A stretch of DNA of 64,000 nucleotides from Pirellulales bacterium (GCA_040901675.1 JBBDYJ010000030.1:14324-78323); one strand, 5' to 3'; counted from the stretch's first letter, positions 18,751 to 29,816 are shown. A program made the numbers and translations. Notes: generated by a model not told the origin, from the sequence alone.

Positions 18751-21700
18751 TCAGTTCTTGGTCAGGCTCTCATCCAGGTTCAACAGCACGCGGCAGACGA
18801 TCACCCAGGCCGCCGCCTCCGTCGGCGTGACGCCTTCCGGCAGATCGGGCAGTTTCGCGGGGTCGCCGGTCGTCAGGTCGCGCACCGAGAGCCAGCCGTC
18901 GGCGATGCGCGCCTTCTGCGCGTTGTACAGCGCTTCGATCTCGCTTGCCTCGGCCGGCGTCGGCTCGCGCGCGGTACACAGCCGGAAGGCATGGCGGAGG
19001 CGATCGGAGTTGTTGGCCCCCCCTTCATTCAGCGCTCGCAGCGCCAGGGCCCGCGCGCCTTCGGCCAGGACCGGCTCGTTCAAGGCGGCCAGGGCGGCCA
19101 GCGGCGTATTCGAGCGCATTCGGCGGGCGCAGGCCACGTCGCCGCTGGGGGCGTCGAAGCAGGCCAGCAGCGGATCGGGCATCGAGCGGCGGCGGAACAT
19201 GTACAGCGACCGGCGGTAACGATCCGGAGGCGAGGCCGTGTCCCAGAAATCGACCTTGAGATAGCTCAGCGCCAGGAAGTTGTCCGGCAGCGGCGGAAAG
19301 AAGCTCGGGCCGCCCACCCGCTCGGTCAGCAGGCCGGAGGCGCTCAGCGTCAGGTCGCGGACGATCTCGGCGTCGAGCCGGAACCGCGGTCCGCGGGCGA
19401 GCAGCCGGTTTTGCGGATCCAGCTCCAACAGGTCGCCCGTGGCGCGCGAGCTCTGGCGGTAGGTCGCGGAGGTCACGATCAAGCGAAGCAGGTGTTTGCG
19501 GCTCCAGCCCCGCTCCATGAACTCCACGGCCAGCCAGTCGAGCAGCTCCGGGTGCGACGGCGCGCTGGCCCGCACCCCAAAATCCTCGGCCGTTTCGACA
19601 AGGCCGACCCCGAACACGGCCTGCCAAACGCGGTTCACCGCGACCCGCGCCGTGGTGGGCGCGCGGCGGTCGACCAGCCACCTGGCAAACGCCAGCCGGT
19701 TCGGCCCGGCATCTTCGGCCAGCGGGTGCAGGAAGGCGGGCGTGCCCGGCGTTACCGTTTGCGTGGGATGCTGCCAGTCGCCCCGGTCGAGGATGGCCGT
19801 CTCGCGCGCGTGCTCCGGCAAGCGCTGGGCCAGGTTGAGCACCGATTCGCCCTCGGGGTAATCGGCCCACAGTTTTTCTACGGCCTCCTGGTGCGGCTTG
19901 AATTCGCCCGTGGCGGCCAGCCAGTGGCTGAACACAGCGCTCGCCTGGTCCGCGGTACGCTGGTCGGCGGGGATTTTCAGGATATCGCGGATGCGGATCG
20001 GCACGAGGTCGGCGGTCGGATCGGCGGCCGTGGTCCAGTCCAGCCTGAAGCGGCCCAGAAAGTTGTTGTGCCGTCCGTGGATGTCGGCTCCGCCATGCTT
20101 GAATCGCAGGGTGATCTTGAGCCGAGTTGCGTCGGCTGAACCGACGGGGTTGGCGAACCGCAGCGAGGCGTACGAATCCTGGTGGCGCTGGCCAGGGCCG
20201 CGGTCGGTTCCCCAGGCGGTCGCGTCGTCGCCGTCGGTCAGAAACGCGGCCGGCCCGACTCGGCGCTTATCGTCCGCGCCCTTGCGGAAGAACTCGTCGA
20301 TCGGCTGCTCCGGCAGGGCAAAATCGGCCGCGGCGCCGGCCAGCTCGACTTTTTTCCATGGCCCGGAAGGCGCGCCGGCCGGCTGCATTTCGACCACCAC
20401 CTCGCTGACCGCGAACGTCCCTTTCTGGCTGCGTCCGGGGCCGCCGAACGGCAGGTCGCCATGGGTCAGCGCTACGAGGCGGACCCCGTTGATATTGGTA
20501 AACTGTGTGTCGGTCACCACGTACAGCTCGCCGTCGGTGGGGCGGAAACCGAGCGTCAGCACGGAGTTGTCCGGCAGCTTTTGAGGATGGGCCAGGCCGC
20601 CGATCCATTCGTGCTCGATCGGCACCAGCGTCTCCCAGGCGAGCTCGGTGGCCTGGACCTGTTGTTCCCATTCGGCTATTCGCTGCGCCCAATCCGGGTG
20701 CTGCGTCTTGAATGCCGCCTCGGCGTTCTGGACACCTTCGCGAATCCGGGCAATCCGCTGGAGTTGTTCGGGCGTGTATACCCAGCTCGTGGCCTCGTAG
20801 TCGTTGTTCAAAAACGCCAGCAGACCGTAGTACTCCTCGTGGGCGATCGGGTCGTACTTGTGGGCATGGCATTGAGCGCACTGGATCGTCAGGCCCAAAA
20901 CGCTCTTGCCGATGCAATCCAGGCGGTCGAAGAGGCCTTCCATGCGGAACTGCTCGGCCAGGATGGCGCCCTCCTCGTTGACCATGCCGTTTCGCAGGAA
21001 GCCGGTGGCAACGCGGCTGTCCTGGGTGGCATCCGGCAGCAAGTCGCCCGCCAACTGCTCGATGATGAACTGGTCGTAGGGCAGGTCGGCATTGATGGCG
21101 TGGATGACCCAGTCGCGCCATAGCCACTGGTTGCGCGGCAGGTCTTTTTCATAGCCGTCGCTGTCGGCATAGCGAGCCAGGTCGAGCCAGTGCCTGGCCC
21201 ACTTCTCGCCGAAATGCGCCGAGCCGAGCAGTCGCTCGACCTGGCGCTCATACGCGTCGGCCGAACTGTCGGCAAGGAACTCGTCGATCTCGCGAGGCGA
21301 GGGAACCAAGCCGATCAGATCGAGCGACAGCCGCCGCAGCAGCTTGGCGCGGTCGGCTTCCGGCGCGGGGCGCAGCCCTTCCTTCTCCAAGCGAGCCAGG
21401 ACAAAACGGTCCAGGTCGCCGCGCGGCCAGGCTTCGTCGGCGACCGCGGGCGCGGCGGGCCGCTCGGGCGGTATGAAGGCCCAGTGCTCGCCGTATTCCG
21501 CGCCCGCCGCGATCCAGCGCCGCAGCCCGTCGACTTGTTCGGCGGAGAGTGGCTTGCCCGCATCGGGCGGCGGCATGCGCTCGATGGGATCCTGGCTGCT
21601 GACCCGCGCCAGCAGCAGGCTTGCGTCCGGCTTTCCGGGAATGATCGGCGGCTCGCCCGAGTCGCCTCCGGCCAGTGCGTCGTCGCGGCGGTCGAGCCGC

Positions 21701-21897
21701 AGGCCCGCCTCGCGCGTGCCCGGATCGGCGCCATGGCACTGAAAGCAATGGTCCGACAGGATCGGCCTCACGTCGCGCTGGAAATCGGGCGGCGCTTCAG
21801 GCGGTTGCGCGAAGCCGGCCCCCGCCATGCCGCACCAGGCGACCGCGGCCAGGGCGAGGCGCTTCCAAGGCAGCAGTAAGGCGGGGCTTTGGTACAT
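18751..21897 (-). CDS. planctomycete cytochrome c + DUF1549/DUF1553 (PSD1) protein
   Basis: [40 protein letters not shown]. Confidence 0.93.
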   Translation of the reverse strand: MYQSPALLLPWKRLALAAVAWCGMAGAGFAQPPEAPPDFQRDVRPILSDHCFQCHGADPGTREAGLRLDRRDDALAGGDSGEPPIIPGKPDASLLLARVSSQDPIERMPPPDAGKPLSAEQVDGLRRWIAAGAEYGEHWAFIPPERPAAPAVADEAWPRGDLDRFVLARLEKEGLRPAPEADRAKLLRRLSLDLIGLVPSPREIDEFLADSSADAYERQVERLLGSAHFGEKWARHWLDLARYADSDGYEKDLPRNQWLWRDWVIHAINADLPYDQFIIEQLAGDLLPDATQDSRVATGFLRNGMVNEEGAILAEQFRMEGLFDRLDCIGKSVLGLTIQCAQCHAHKYDPIAHEEYYGLLAFLNNDYEATSWVYTPEQLQRIARIREGVQNAEAAFKTQHPDWAQRIAEWEQQVQATELAWETLVPIEHEWIGGLAHPQKLPDNSVLTLGFRPTDGELYVVTDTQFTNINGVRLVALTHGDLPFGGPGRSQKGTFAVSEVVVEMQPAGAPSGPWKKVELAGAAADFALPEQPIDEFFRKGADDKRRVGPAAFLTDGDDATAWGTDRGPGQRHQDSYASLRFANPVGSADATRLKITLRFKHGGADIHGRHNNFLGRFRLDWTTAADPTADLVPIRIRDILKIPADQRTADQASAVFSHWLAATGEFKPHQEAVEKLWADYPEGESVLNLAQRLPEHARETAILDRGDWQHPTQTVTPGTPAFLHPLAEDAGPNRLAFARWLVDRRAPTTARVAVNRVWQAVFGVGLVETAEDFGVRASAPSHPELLDWLAVEFMERGWSRKHLLRLIVTSATYRQSSRATGDLLELDPQNRLLARGPRFRLDAEIVRDLTLSASGLLTERVGGPSFFPPLPDNFLALSYLKVDFWDTASPPDRYRRSLYMFRRRSMPDPLLACFDAPSGDVACARRMRSNTPLAALAALNEPVLAEGARALALRALNEGGANNSDRLRHAFRLCTAREPTPAEASEIEALYNAQKARIADGWLSVRDLTTGDPAKLPDLPEGVTPTEAAAWVIVCRVLLNLDESLTKN

Positions 21898-22116
21898 GGT
21901 GCATCGCTCGTGTGGTGATCGCCGGCCTTGCAGTCGACACGTCTTTGGCATGGAAACAGTCGCTGCCCGCTATTGGCCGATTGTACCAGTTGCCGGGCGA
22001 GGCACCATGAACGGACAGGCATTTTCACGCCCGCGATAGCCCGGTAAAGTGGTGGGGCGCATCGAATCCGGGCCGGAAGGTTGGCAACAAGCCGGTTGTC
22101 GAAGGAGAGGAGTTCC

Positions 22117-22371
22117 ATGAACATCAAGAGGATCCCACTTAGCCGGTTGGAGGCGGATCCACGCGGGACCCTAAGTGAATGTGCCGACTCCGGGCAGGCC
22201 TTCGTCATCGAGTTGCCGGACCACCGCTTGGTTGCCATCCAAGGATTGGAGCCGGCAGGAGACGACTCGCTTACCAGTGAATTGCTGGAGTCCAACGAAG
22301 CATTTCAGAACCTCGTTGCCAGGTCGAAGGCCAGCCCACGCAAACCGTTCCCCGCGGACTCCGGAGGGTAA
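22117..22371 (+). CDS. small protein, Phd/YefM-like antitoxin pattern
   Basis: GAGGAG RBS; beta-helix-beta-beta pattern with acidic C-terminal half. Confidence 0.55.
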   Translation: MNIKRIPLSRLEADPRGTLSECADSGQAFVIELPDHRLVAIQGLEPAGDDSLTSELLESNEAFQNLVARSKASPRKPFPADSGG

Positions 22372-22438
22372 GGAATGGCGACAGAATCGCCAGTCACTTT
22401 CAGCTCACAAGTCGAAGGAATTGGACACGGAGTGAGGC

Positions 22439-22774
22439 ATGGTGTACAGCGAAGCGCTGGCCGAACGGATCCGCAAACTCGTCGCCGGCCGAAAGGGCGT
22501 TGAAGAGAAAAAAATGTTCGGCGGGGTCGGCTTCCTGCTCTACGGAAACATCTGCGTCGGCGTGTGGAAGACTTCGCTCATCGCCCGGCTCGGTCCGGAT
22601 GCAGCGGCAGACGCGCTGGAGGAGCCACACGTCCGGCGGTTCGATATCACGGGACGGGCCATGAAAGGCTGGGTCCTCGTCGACGCGGAAGGCTTCGAGG
22701 CGGATTCCCAGTTGCACCGCTGGATCGAACGCGCCGAGGATTTTGTCTCTCGGCTGCCGCCCAAGGGCCGATGA
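22439..22774 (+). CDS. TfoX N-terminal domain protein
   Basis: EKKMFGGVGFLLYGN...GRAMKGWVLV. Confidence 0.9.
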   Translation: MVYSEALAERIRKLVAGRKGVEEKKMFGGVGFLLYGNICVGVWKTSLIARLGPDAAADALEEPHVRRFDITGRAMKGWVLVDAEGFEADSQLHRWIERAEDFVSRLPPKGR

Positions 22775-22797
22775 GGCGCCGGACAATAGCGGGAATG

Positions 22798-22824
22798 GAC
22801 CGCATGAATGCGGTCACTACGAGC
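22798..22824 (-). repeat. GTAG-type REP-like palindrome, family A
   Basis: GACCGCATGAATGCGGTCACTACGAGC is the reverse complement of the copies at 41482-41539. Confidence 0.8.
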
Positions 22825-23150
22825 CCAGTCGTCACCCTCCCCATTTGCTTGCCTGCGGGCAATCGGCGCCGATAAAATCCGTCTTCTCAGAAGCCCATGA
22901 CGGGGAAAGGCCCGCGCACACGCGGAGCGGAGGAACGGCGATGCGAAACAGCGTCGAACCTGAAAGATTCTCACGGCCTGAAAGATTCACGGATAGGCAT
23001 TCGGGTCTTCGACAGCGATTCCTTCAGCATGGGCGGCAGAATTCAATTCCTGGTCAGCCGACACGACAGTGAGCGGCGATAGTTTTCCAGCGGCCCAACG
23101 ACCGCTTCCGGCGGTGCACGCCAATTTGCTAAGCATCAATTTGCTAAGTA

Positions 23151-24293
23151 TCAAAGAGGGACGCCTGTGCCTCCATCGGCCGATGATGGGTGCAGCATGA
23201 GACTATGCGCCTCGCCCCAAGTCGGCGGTTCGCACTTGTCGGCAAGCTCGCGGATGACGTGCTCCGGCACCGGCCGTTCACGCCGCCTGTTCTGGCCGAA
23301 GATCACCGGCAGGGGCGGTTCAACGTACACGATTTCGATCCGGGCACCGTAATCTGCAAATAGATTGATCCAGCGCTGCCGGGTTTGACGCAACAAGTTT
23401 GTGGCGCTGAAGGCGAACGACTGGCGCGATCGTAGCAATTCACGGCAGCGCTGGCGCGCTAATTGGACGACATCGCCTTGATTGTCGGTTGCTTCGACGT
23501 TGAGCTCCGCTCGAACGTCGTCGAGCGAAACGACCGGCAGACCGGGGCGGTTCGTCGCCAGCCACGTGTCCTTGCCGCTGCCGGGAAGACCCGACATCAC
23601 GGTCACCGTGCAACGGTAGTCCTCGTAGGGTACGAAGTGCAGGTCCGGTTCCCGCTGCCGGTAGAACAAAAACCGGGCATGATCGTTGGCAAACGGGTAA
23701 GGTCTGTCGAAGCAGCGGTTCTCGCAGGCAACCAGCTTCCAGAAGTGCAGGTTCTCCTCGGGACGACCCATGTCGGCCGTCTTGCGGCCGCGGGTATCGG
23801 CCAGGGCAAACAGGTAGAGCAGCCTGTTGCTGAGCCACCAAGACAACGACACGACCTCGTGATTCGGATCGTTCTTTTCGAGCAGGAAAGCCGGGCGGCC
23901 GTGGAACCGGATCAACCGGGCGATCTCTTCTCGTGTGGTCAGATCACAGCCCGCGTCACGCAGCACCGACCGGGCAAGGTGTTCGCCCTTGATGGCGTGC
24001 TTCGGTGATTGGATTCGCCCCGTCGTCGGATCGGTCTGCGACGTCAGGGGTTTCCCCGCATCGTGAAACAGGGCCGTAAAGATGAGCAGTGTCCGTTCTC
24101 GCGAGCTCAGCGTCGGCCAGTCGTCAAGCTGTGGAAGTTGTGCGCAGACCATCTGAGTGTGGGTCCAGACATCTCCTTCGGAATGCCACCCGGCATCCTG
24201 CTGGCAGGCGGCCATCGCCCGGCACCATGGCTGATCGTTGGCCCATGCCACGATGTCGGCGGGGGATGCCTTTGAAAGTTCGGCCCACGTCAT
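23151..24293 (-). CDS. HD phosphoesterase - P-loop kinase fusion (HD-Pnk-like RNA end-healing enzyme)
   Basis: [18 protein letters not shown]...[25 protein letters not shown]. Confidence 0.88.
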   Translation of the reverse strand: MTWAELSKASPADIVAWANDQPWCRAMAACQQDAGWHSEGDVWTHTQMVCAQLPQLDDWPTLSSRERTLLIFTALFHDAGKPLTSQTDPTTGRIQSPKHAIKGEHLARSVLRDAGCDLTTREEIARLIRFHGRPAFLLEKNDPNHEVVSLSWWLSNRLLYLFALADTRGRKTADMGRPEENLHFWKLVACENRCFDRPYPFANDHARFLFYRQREPDLHFVPYEDYRCTVTVMSGLPGSGKDTWLATNRPGLPVVSLDDVRAELNVEATDNQGDVVQLARQRCRELLRSRQSFAFSATNLLRQTRQRWINLFADYGARIEIVYVEPPLPVIFGQNRRRERPVPEHVIRELADKCEPPTWGEAHSLMLHPSSADGGTGVPL

Positions 24294-25030
24294 GACCAGA
24301 TGTCCGCGTCGTTTCGCAACAGGTTGGATACCATCGCCTGGTGCTGCCAGTGCGTGCTCTGCTTCACTTTCTCCACGAACTCAGGCCGCACGAACTTGGT
24401 CCGACCCGTGACGTCCCCTGCCGATTCGGTTCTCAGGTACAGGCCCTCCATGAGGTTGTCGGTGCGCTTCGTCAACGGGTTCTCGAACCGGCTGTCGAAA
24501 AGCGAAGGTCCGATCAGCCCTTCGAGTCGGTCGCGCGTCAGGCTTCCGGTATGGACAACGGGCACTGTCTGGATTCCCGTCCCACCCAATAGGGCCAGCC
24601 GTCGCTCCAGACTTAGATAAACTTCGCTGTCCTTGTCGTAGACATCGAACTCGAAGAAATAATGCGGAAGCTGCCGATAGTGGACGGAGTGCCGGGCATA
24701 CATCCACTCGCCAAACAAGATGAACCGACTTTCCAGTCGCTTCTCCAGCGCGGCACGCTTCACCACCGCCCATTGCTTGAACAAGTCGTACTGGGGGTGC
24801 ATTCCTTCCGTGATGAGATGGCCTCGGCACTGCAGGACCATCTTTTCATCGGTCGTGAAGTGAATGCCGACGTTCGTGCCGTCGATCTTCTCTTCCACGA
24901 TCAGCGATTCATCGGCAATGAAACGGTTCGACTCCGCTTCGTCCAGATGCTTGTCGTCGGGCGTCCCGGTCGAACCGAACAGATGAGGGGTCCTCGGGTA
25001 CTTGACGAACTCGTCACGTGAGCTGCCCAT
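24290..25030 (-). CDS. ATP-dependent RNA ligase family protein
   Basis: KYPRTPHL, motif [40 protein letters not shown]. Confidence 0.9.
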   Translation of the reverse strand: MGSSRDEFVKYPRTPHLFGSTGTPDDKHLDEAESNRFIADESLIVEEKIDGTNVGIHFTTDEKMVLQCRGHLITEGMHPQYDLFKQWAVVKRAALEKRLESRFILFGEWMYARHSVHYRQLPHYFFEFDVYDKDSEVYLSLERRLALLGGTGIQTVPVVHTGSLTRDRLEGLIGPSLFDSRFENPLTKRTDNLMEGLYLRTESAGDVTGRTKFVRPEFVEKVKQSTHWQHQAMVSNLLRNDADIWS

Positions 25031-25073
25031 GACCGGCCTCCAGTCTTTCGAACACTGCCATCTCCCGTGACGA

Positions 25074-25104
25074 CCTGACACCCCGCCGGCGGCCGCGGTT
25101 CGCG
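25074..25104 (-). promoter_or_regulatory. ECF-type promoter-like motif upstream of the RNA ligase
   Basis: CGCGAACC-N16-TGTCAGG. Confidence 0.55.
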
Positions 25105-25241
25105 GCAGCCTTCCCGGCGGCCCCGCCGCAGGCGCCCGGCAGGAATCCCCTCCCTTCCTTTTTCCCGCCTCCCCTCGTCCAACTGTTACAATCCACAAGC
25201 ATTCGGCCTGCCACAAGACCCGATCATGAGGTTATCCAAAC

Positions 25242-26324
25242 ATGCTAGCGATGAACCATCGTACTGGGTGGCTGCTGCTTCTGTCCTTGGCCATTGGCGG
25301 TTCTTTGGGCAGACCAGCCGAGGCGGGAGGCGACGATCCAGGCGAGATCCGGCGCCTGGAAGGGCATGCCGACAAGGTGACCAGCCTGGCGCCAGTGGGC
25401 GAAGGCCGGCTGCTCTCGGGCGGCGACGACAAGACGATGCGGCTGTGGAATCTGGAAATGGGCAAGCAACTGCGGGTCTTCGAGGGGCACACTAATTTCG
25501 TGCTCAGCGTGGCCGCCTCCGCCGACGGCCGCCGGGCGCTGTCCGGCAGCGGCGGCGAGTTCCGCAACGGCCGCTTCTCGCCCGGCTCGGACAAAACGAT
25601 GCGACTCTGGGACCTGGAAACCGGCAAGGAGCTGCGCAAGTTCCCCCAGCAGGCGGCCCCCGTCTGGTGCGTCCGCTTTCTGCCGGATGGCCGGCGCGCG
25701 GTCTCGGTCAGCGGCGAAGGTGAAAATGCTTTGCGGCTCTGGGATTTGGAATCGGGGCGGGAGGTCCGCCGCATCGGCGGAAAACATTCGGGACAGGGGG
25801 TCGCGGTTTCGAGCGACGGAAAATACGTCGTCGCCGCGTCGGCCCCGCCCGACTTGAGCGTCCGCATCTGGGAGCTGGAGACGGGAGAGGAGGTCCGCCG
25901 CCTGGAAGGGCACCAGGCCGTCGTCCGCGGCGCCGACTTCTCGCCCGACGGCACTCGCATTCTCACGGGTGGCGGCAATTTCGTCTCCGGCGGCCTTGAT
26001 ACTTCGATTCGGCTGTGGGACGCCGAAACAGGCCGGGAACTCCGCCGCCTGGACGGGCACGAGCAATTGGTCTGGTGCGTCGCCTTCTCACCCGACGGCC
26101 GCCGGGCCCTGTCCGGCAGCGTCGACGGCAGTGTGCGCCTTTGGGACCTGGAAACGGGCGAGCAGTTGCGCCGGTTCGACGGTCACCAGGTCATCGAGAA
26201 CGATCCGCGCGTCGGCGAGCGGGCCGACGTGCGGGCCGTGCTGTTTCTGCCCGGCGGCAGCCGCGCCATCTCCGCCGGTCACGACAAGACGATCCGGGTC
26301 TGGGATCTGAAGGCAGAAGGATGA
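25242..26324 (+). CDS. secreted WD40-repeat protein
   Basis: Signal peptide and about seven GH...D.TxRLWD repeats. Confidence 0.92.
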   Translation: MLAMNHRTGWLLLLSLAIGGSLGRPAEAGGDDPGEIRRLEGHADKVTSLAPVGEGRLLSGGDDKTMRLWNLEMGKQLRVFEGHTNFVLSVAASADGRRALSGSGGEFRNGRFSPGSDKTMRLWDLETGKELRKFPQQAAPVWCVRFLPDGRRAVSVSGEGENALRLWDLESGREVRRIGGKHSGQGVAVSSDGKYVVAASAPPDLSVRIWELETGEEVRRLEGHQAVVRGADFSPDGTRILTGGGNFVSGGLDTSIRLWDAETGRELRRLDGHEQLVWCVAFSPDGRRALSGSVDGSVRLWDLETGEQLRRFDGHQVIENDPRVGERADVRAVLFLPGGSRAISAGHDKTIRVWDLKAEG

Positions 26325-26362
26325 AGGCAGAAGGATGAAGGCAGAAGGCAGAAGGACGAAGG
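26309..26362 (+). repeat. heptamer tandem repeat (GAAGGCA/GAAGGAT)
   Basis: About seven units; same family at 28924-29000, 53951-53976 and 62045-62093. Confidence 0.85.
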
Positions 26363-26390
26363 AGGAAAAGCCCCGGCGCGCCGTCGGCGG

Positions 26391-27239
26391 TCATTCGGCC
26401 GAGGTGCTGGTGGGTGGCGAGCAGGTCTCAATGGCCCTTGCAAGAAGCCCTTTGTCGACGTCCCACCAGCATTGCAGCCCGAGCAACGGCGCGTATAGCC
26501 TCGAATCCGCGATGATCTCCGCCGCTTCGACCGCCAGACGCCCCACGCAGTCCGATTCCAGCTCACAAGACAGGGCGGAAACGACTCTCTGATCGCCGCG
26601 CTTCGCCAATCCGACGAGGGCTTCGCCGCGTGCATCGTCGTCCGCGTCGAGCAGGCGTTCCAGGAGCGCCTCGCGCAGCGCCGGCGCGTCCAGCTCGGTC
26701 TGGGTGCCGAGCGCGAACGTCGCCCAGTCGCGGACACGCGGATCACTGTCTCTCGACAGCTCAATGAGCGTTTCGACTGCAACTGAATCTTCGTAGCCGC
26801 CCAAGGCGAGCGCGACTGCCTCTCGAACGTCCGGGTCGGCATGCCGCCGAAAACGGGATGCAGGGATGATCAGTCGCGGGTCGCTCAGATGGCTGAACGC
26901 GACAAGGATCGATCGGAGCACATTCTGATCACGTTCGCGGCTTAATGCGTTTATTAGGATGTTGACACAGTATTCGGGAAACGTCCGCTCGGGCACGCCC
27001 AATTGCCCGAGCATATCGGCTCCCAGCCGGCGCTCGTGCGGGCAGGAGCTGCGGCAGAGTCCGGCGGCTCGACGAAGCACTTCGAGGGTACCGCGATACT
27101 GCAGCGCGCAGACGGCATCCCAAGCGATGTCTTCATCCGTCTCGCTCAATGCGGCGAAGATCAATTCATCGACCGTTCGAGGATCATCCTTCGGATGAAG
27201 GCAGGCCGGGGAACCGTTTTGATCTGTCACGCCGAACAC
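26391..27239 (-). CDS. HEAT/PBS-lyase repeat protein
   Basis: DPDVREAVALALG, DPRVRDWATFALG, DDARGEALVGLA. Confidence 0.88.
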   Translation of the reverse strand: MFGVTDQNGSPACLHPKDDPRTVDELIFAALSETDEDIAWDAVCALQYRGTLEVLRRAAGLCRSSCPHERRLGADMLGQLGVPERTFPEYCVNILINALSRERDQNVLRSILVAFSHLSDPRLIIPASRFRRHADPDVREAVALALGGYEDSVAVETLIELSRDSDPRVRDWATFALGTQTELDAPALREALLERLLDADDDARGEALVGLAKRGDQRVVSALSCELESDCVGRLAVEAAEIIADSRLYAPLLGLQCWWDVDKGLLARAIETCSPPTSTSAE

Positions 27240-27578
27240 TCCGCCGGCATTGGGAGCCGGCTGGCTTCACGACCGTGGGCCGCCCTTCCTGGTGCGACAC
27301 CGCTCCATCGTCCCGGGTTCGCATGCTCGCCGGGAAGGTGGATTTGATTCCTCGCTGCTGCCGGCAGGTCGAGCACGCGCCTGGCAGGCGCCGAGCCAAG
27401 GTGAACCTCGGCCTTGCCGCCGTGTCGGTTTCGATAGCTTCCCAGACCAACAGATCGAGCTAGTCGCAGGAGAAACAGGCTATGCGGGTACCCACTTGGA
27501 TGCAAAGTTCGGCACGCTTCTTCGGACCGTGGTTAACCCATCTCGCGGAACGTAGACGCACTGTCGAAGGCATCCAAG

Positions 27579-28759
27579 ATGAACCTGGAGCAACTGATAG
27601 AACTACTGGACCCAGACGTAGATTGTGACCCGGAGGATCGTGAAGCCTATCTTCATTTCCGGTCGCTGGGCCTGGCAGCGGCCGGCGAGTACCGGCAGTG
27701 GTGCCAGCGGCATGGTTTCAGCACTCGGTTGACCAAGAGCTGGCGGGAGCGGCTCCGGGAGCGCGCTTTCCTTTTCCGCCCGGTTGCCGAGGCCAGGCTC
27801 GCCCAGAGAAAGCGTGAGCTTCGCGCCCCGGAGAAGGTCATTCGAGCCATCTTCCAGGGACAACTCGTGGAGGATCAGCTTGTAGCGCCTTACTTCAAGG
27901 AGATTTGCCGAGCCTGCCAGGCGGCCAAGCAACGCCCGAACTACGAGCGCAATCTGTTTCGGCTGCTGATGCATGCAACGCGGCACGCCAGCCTGCTGGC
28001 GATGGAACAGGTAGTTCCCCGCTTGGGCCGCCAGGAAGGAAACACCTTCGTCGGCGGACTGGCCGCCCTGGCCAGGCATTCGGCAAGCTGGCTGCGCGAC
28101 GTCGAGAACTGGCGGCCGCGCACGCACAGCCCGCGCCGGAAATTCTCCTCACTGGCTCGCCACCTTTTCGCAGACTGGCCTGTCCCGTTGTTCATGGACT
28201 CGGTTTGGTTCAAAGGCGCTTCCAGCGAGGCCCTGCGCCAGCAAGGCTGGTTCCTGCACTTGGGCCGCGGCGAGAACATCCGCACGGCGGACCTGCCTTT
28301 GCCATACACCAAGAAAATGTCCCACTACTTCATGCAAGCTCCCAGCGAACTGAGCGTCGAGGGGGCACTGCGGTGGGGCCAGGTGCACGCGTTGGGCGGC
28401 TCCGGGCGCCTGGCGCGGGCGATTGTCGGCACCTGGCTGGAGACCGACTTGGAGCACGACGACTTTGTTCTCTCGGTCTTGCGGTTCCTGTTGGCCAACC
28501 CCACTTTGGACAAGCTGCAGGTTCGACGGCTCGCCGACTACATTCATGATGTGAAGCCCGCGGGTATTGCTCGATCTGGACCATGGAAGTCGAAAGCCTT
28601 GCGGAAAGGCGGAAACTACTCACGATCGAGTTGGACGTGAAGAGAAGGACCATCTGCCAGGCTCGAGGCAAACTGAATGCCAAGCCGAGCAAAGAGCACC
28701 TGGCCATCCTTCGCCTCTGGGCCGACCAGGCCGGACTGCGACTTGCCATGTGCCTATGA
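27579..28759 (+). pseudogene. PcfJ-like domain protein, internally deleted and frameshifted near 28555
   Basis: Frame 3 runs to DYIHDVK; the C-terminus ARGYCSIWTM...LTIE...ICQARGKLN...WADQAGL* continues in frame 2 to TGA 28757-28759. Confidence 0.75.
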
Positions 28760-28828
28760 GCGCCGTCGGAAGGACAGGCCAGAAAGAGCATCGCCTCGGC
28801 CGGTGCCCGGGCGATGAAACAGGTCTAA

Positions 28829-28900
28829 AGACGCCGGTGGGAGTCGAACCCACTGAAAACCGCTCTGCAGGCGGTCGCCTTGCCGTCTGGCTCCAGCGTC
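28829..28900 (-). tRNA. tRNA-Cys(GCA), atypical, CCA not encoded
   Basis: GACGCTG-GA-GCC AGACGGCAA GGC-G-ACCGC CTGCAGA GCGGT-TTTCA-GTGGG TTCGACT CCCAC-CGGCGTC-T; all four stems pair; U73 discriminator. Confidence 0.88.
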
Positions 28901-28970
28901 ACCACGAACACGAATGAACGACAGAGGATGAAGGCGGAACCGCCACCCTACGGGCCCGCTGATTCTGCCT

Positions 28971-29579
28971 TCATCCTTCTGCCTTCGGCCCTTCATCCTC
29001 GAGACTCACGTTCCAGTAAGCCTCGCTCACGAACTTCGACCAGCTTGCCACCACCACGCCGTGGCGGGCGTACAGCGGCTTCCAGGCCGGGCGGACCGGC
29101 TGCTTGCGCAGCCGCATGCCGGCCTGCTGCGGAGTCCGGTCGGCCTTGCGCTTGTTGCACTCGACGCAAGCCAGCACGCAGTTGGTCCAAGTCGACAGGC
29201 CGCCTTGCGACCGCGGCACGACGTGGTCGATCGACAGCTCCTCGCTCCCCGGCTGCCGGCCGCAATACTGGCAGGTGCTGTGGTCGCGCTTGAAGATGTT
29301 GCGGCGGCTGAAGCTCACGGCCGCATCGGGCAGCCGATCATATCCATTCAGCACCACAACCTCCGGCACGCGCAGCCGCAGCCGGCTGGCGCGGATGCAC
29401 GGTTCGCCGTCGGGCGGAGCGAGCCGCGACCAGTCGGCCCAGGTGTAGAGCTGGAAATCGTCCGGGTCGACCACGCGGGCCGCCGCGTTCCACACCAGCA
29501 CCAATGCCCGGGCCACGGTGGCCACGTTTACCGGCTGCCAGTTTCGGTTGAGGATCAGCGTTGGGCGCTCGAGTACCAT
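28971..29579 (-). CDS. HNH endonuclease (McrA-like)
   Basis: FSRRNIFKRD, CQYCG, IDHVVPRSQGG, WTNCVLACVECN. Confidence 0.93.
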   Translation of the reverse strand: MVLERPTLILNRNWQPVNVATVARALVLVWNAAARVVDPDDFQLYTWADWSRLAPPDGEPCIRASRLRLRVPEVVVLNGYDRLPDAAVSFSRRNIFKRDHSTCQYCGRQPGSEELSIDHVVPRSQGGLSTWTNCVLACVECNKRKADRTPQQAGMRLRKQPVRPAWKPLYARHGVVVASWSKFVSEAYWNVSLEDEGPKAEG

Positions 29580-29644
29580 GCTTAATTGTTGCTTTTTAGT
29601 CCAGGGGTGGATCCGCCATTGGAATGCATACCATCCCTAACCCA

Positions 29645-29675
29645 TTAGACGCAAGCAGTTTCCGGAAGGTTCGCG
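29645..29675 (-). promoter_or_regulatory. ECF-type promoter-like motif upstream of HNH-tRNA
   Basis: CGCGAACC-N16-CGTCTAA. Confidence 0.65.
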
Positions 29676-29816
29676 CGGGCCCACCCCGCAGCGCGGCACG
29701 TGCAAAAGGAGCGTCAGGCGTCAGCGGGCGGCCCGCTTTGCGCTGGAGCAGCCTGATCGCCGACAAGTCCCGCCGCAACAAGTCCTGGGAAACCGGAAGC
29801 CGCCAGATGCTCTGAG

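Noticed and set aside
22959..23153. Short direct repeats CCTGAAAGATTC x2 and AATTTGCTAAG x2
   Set aside because: Look like small local duplications between convergent genes; no evident function
27240..27560. Possible degraded HepT/DUF86-like fragment (LDLLVWEAIETD) on the minus strand
   Set aside because: Only a short resemblance with in-frame stops; cannot be supported without a search
28829..28900. tRNA as the UGA decoder (selC or suppressor) for the two in-frame TGA genes
   Set aside because: Anticodon is GCA and it lacks the long variable arm and extended acceptor stem of tRNA-Sec; nothing links them beyond proximity
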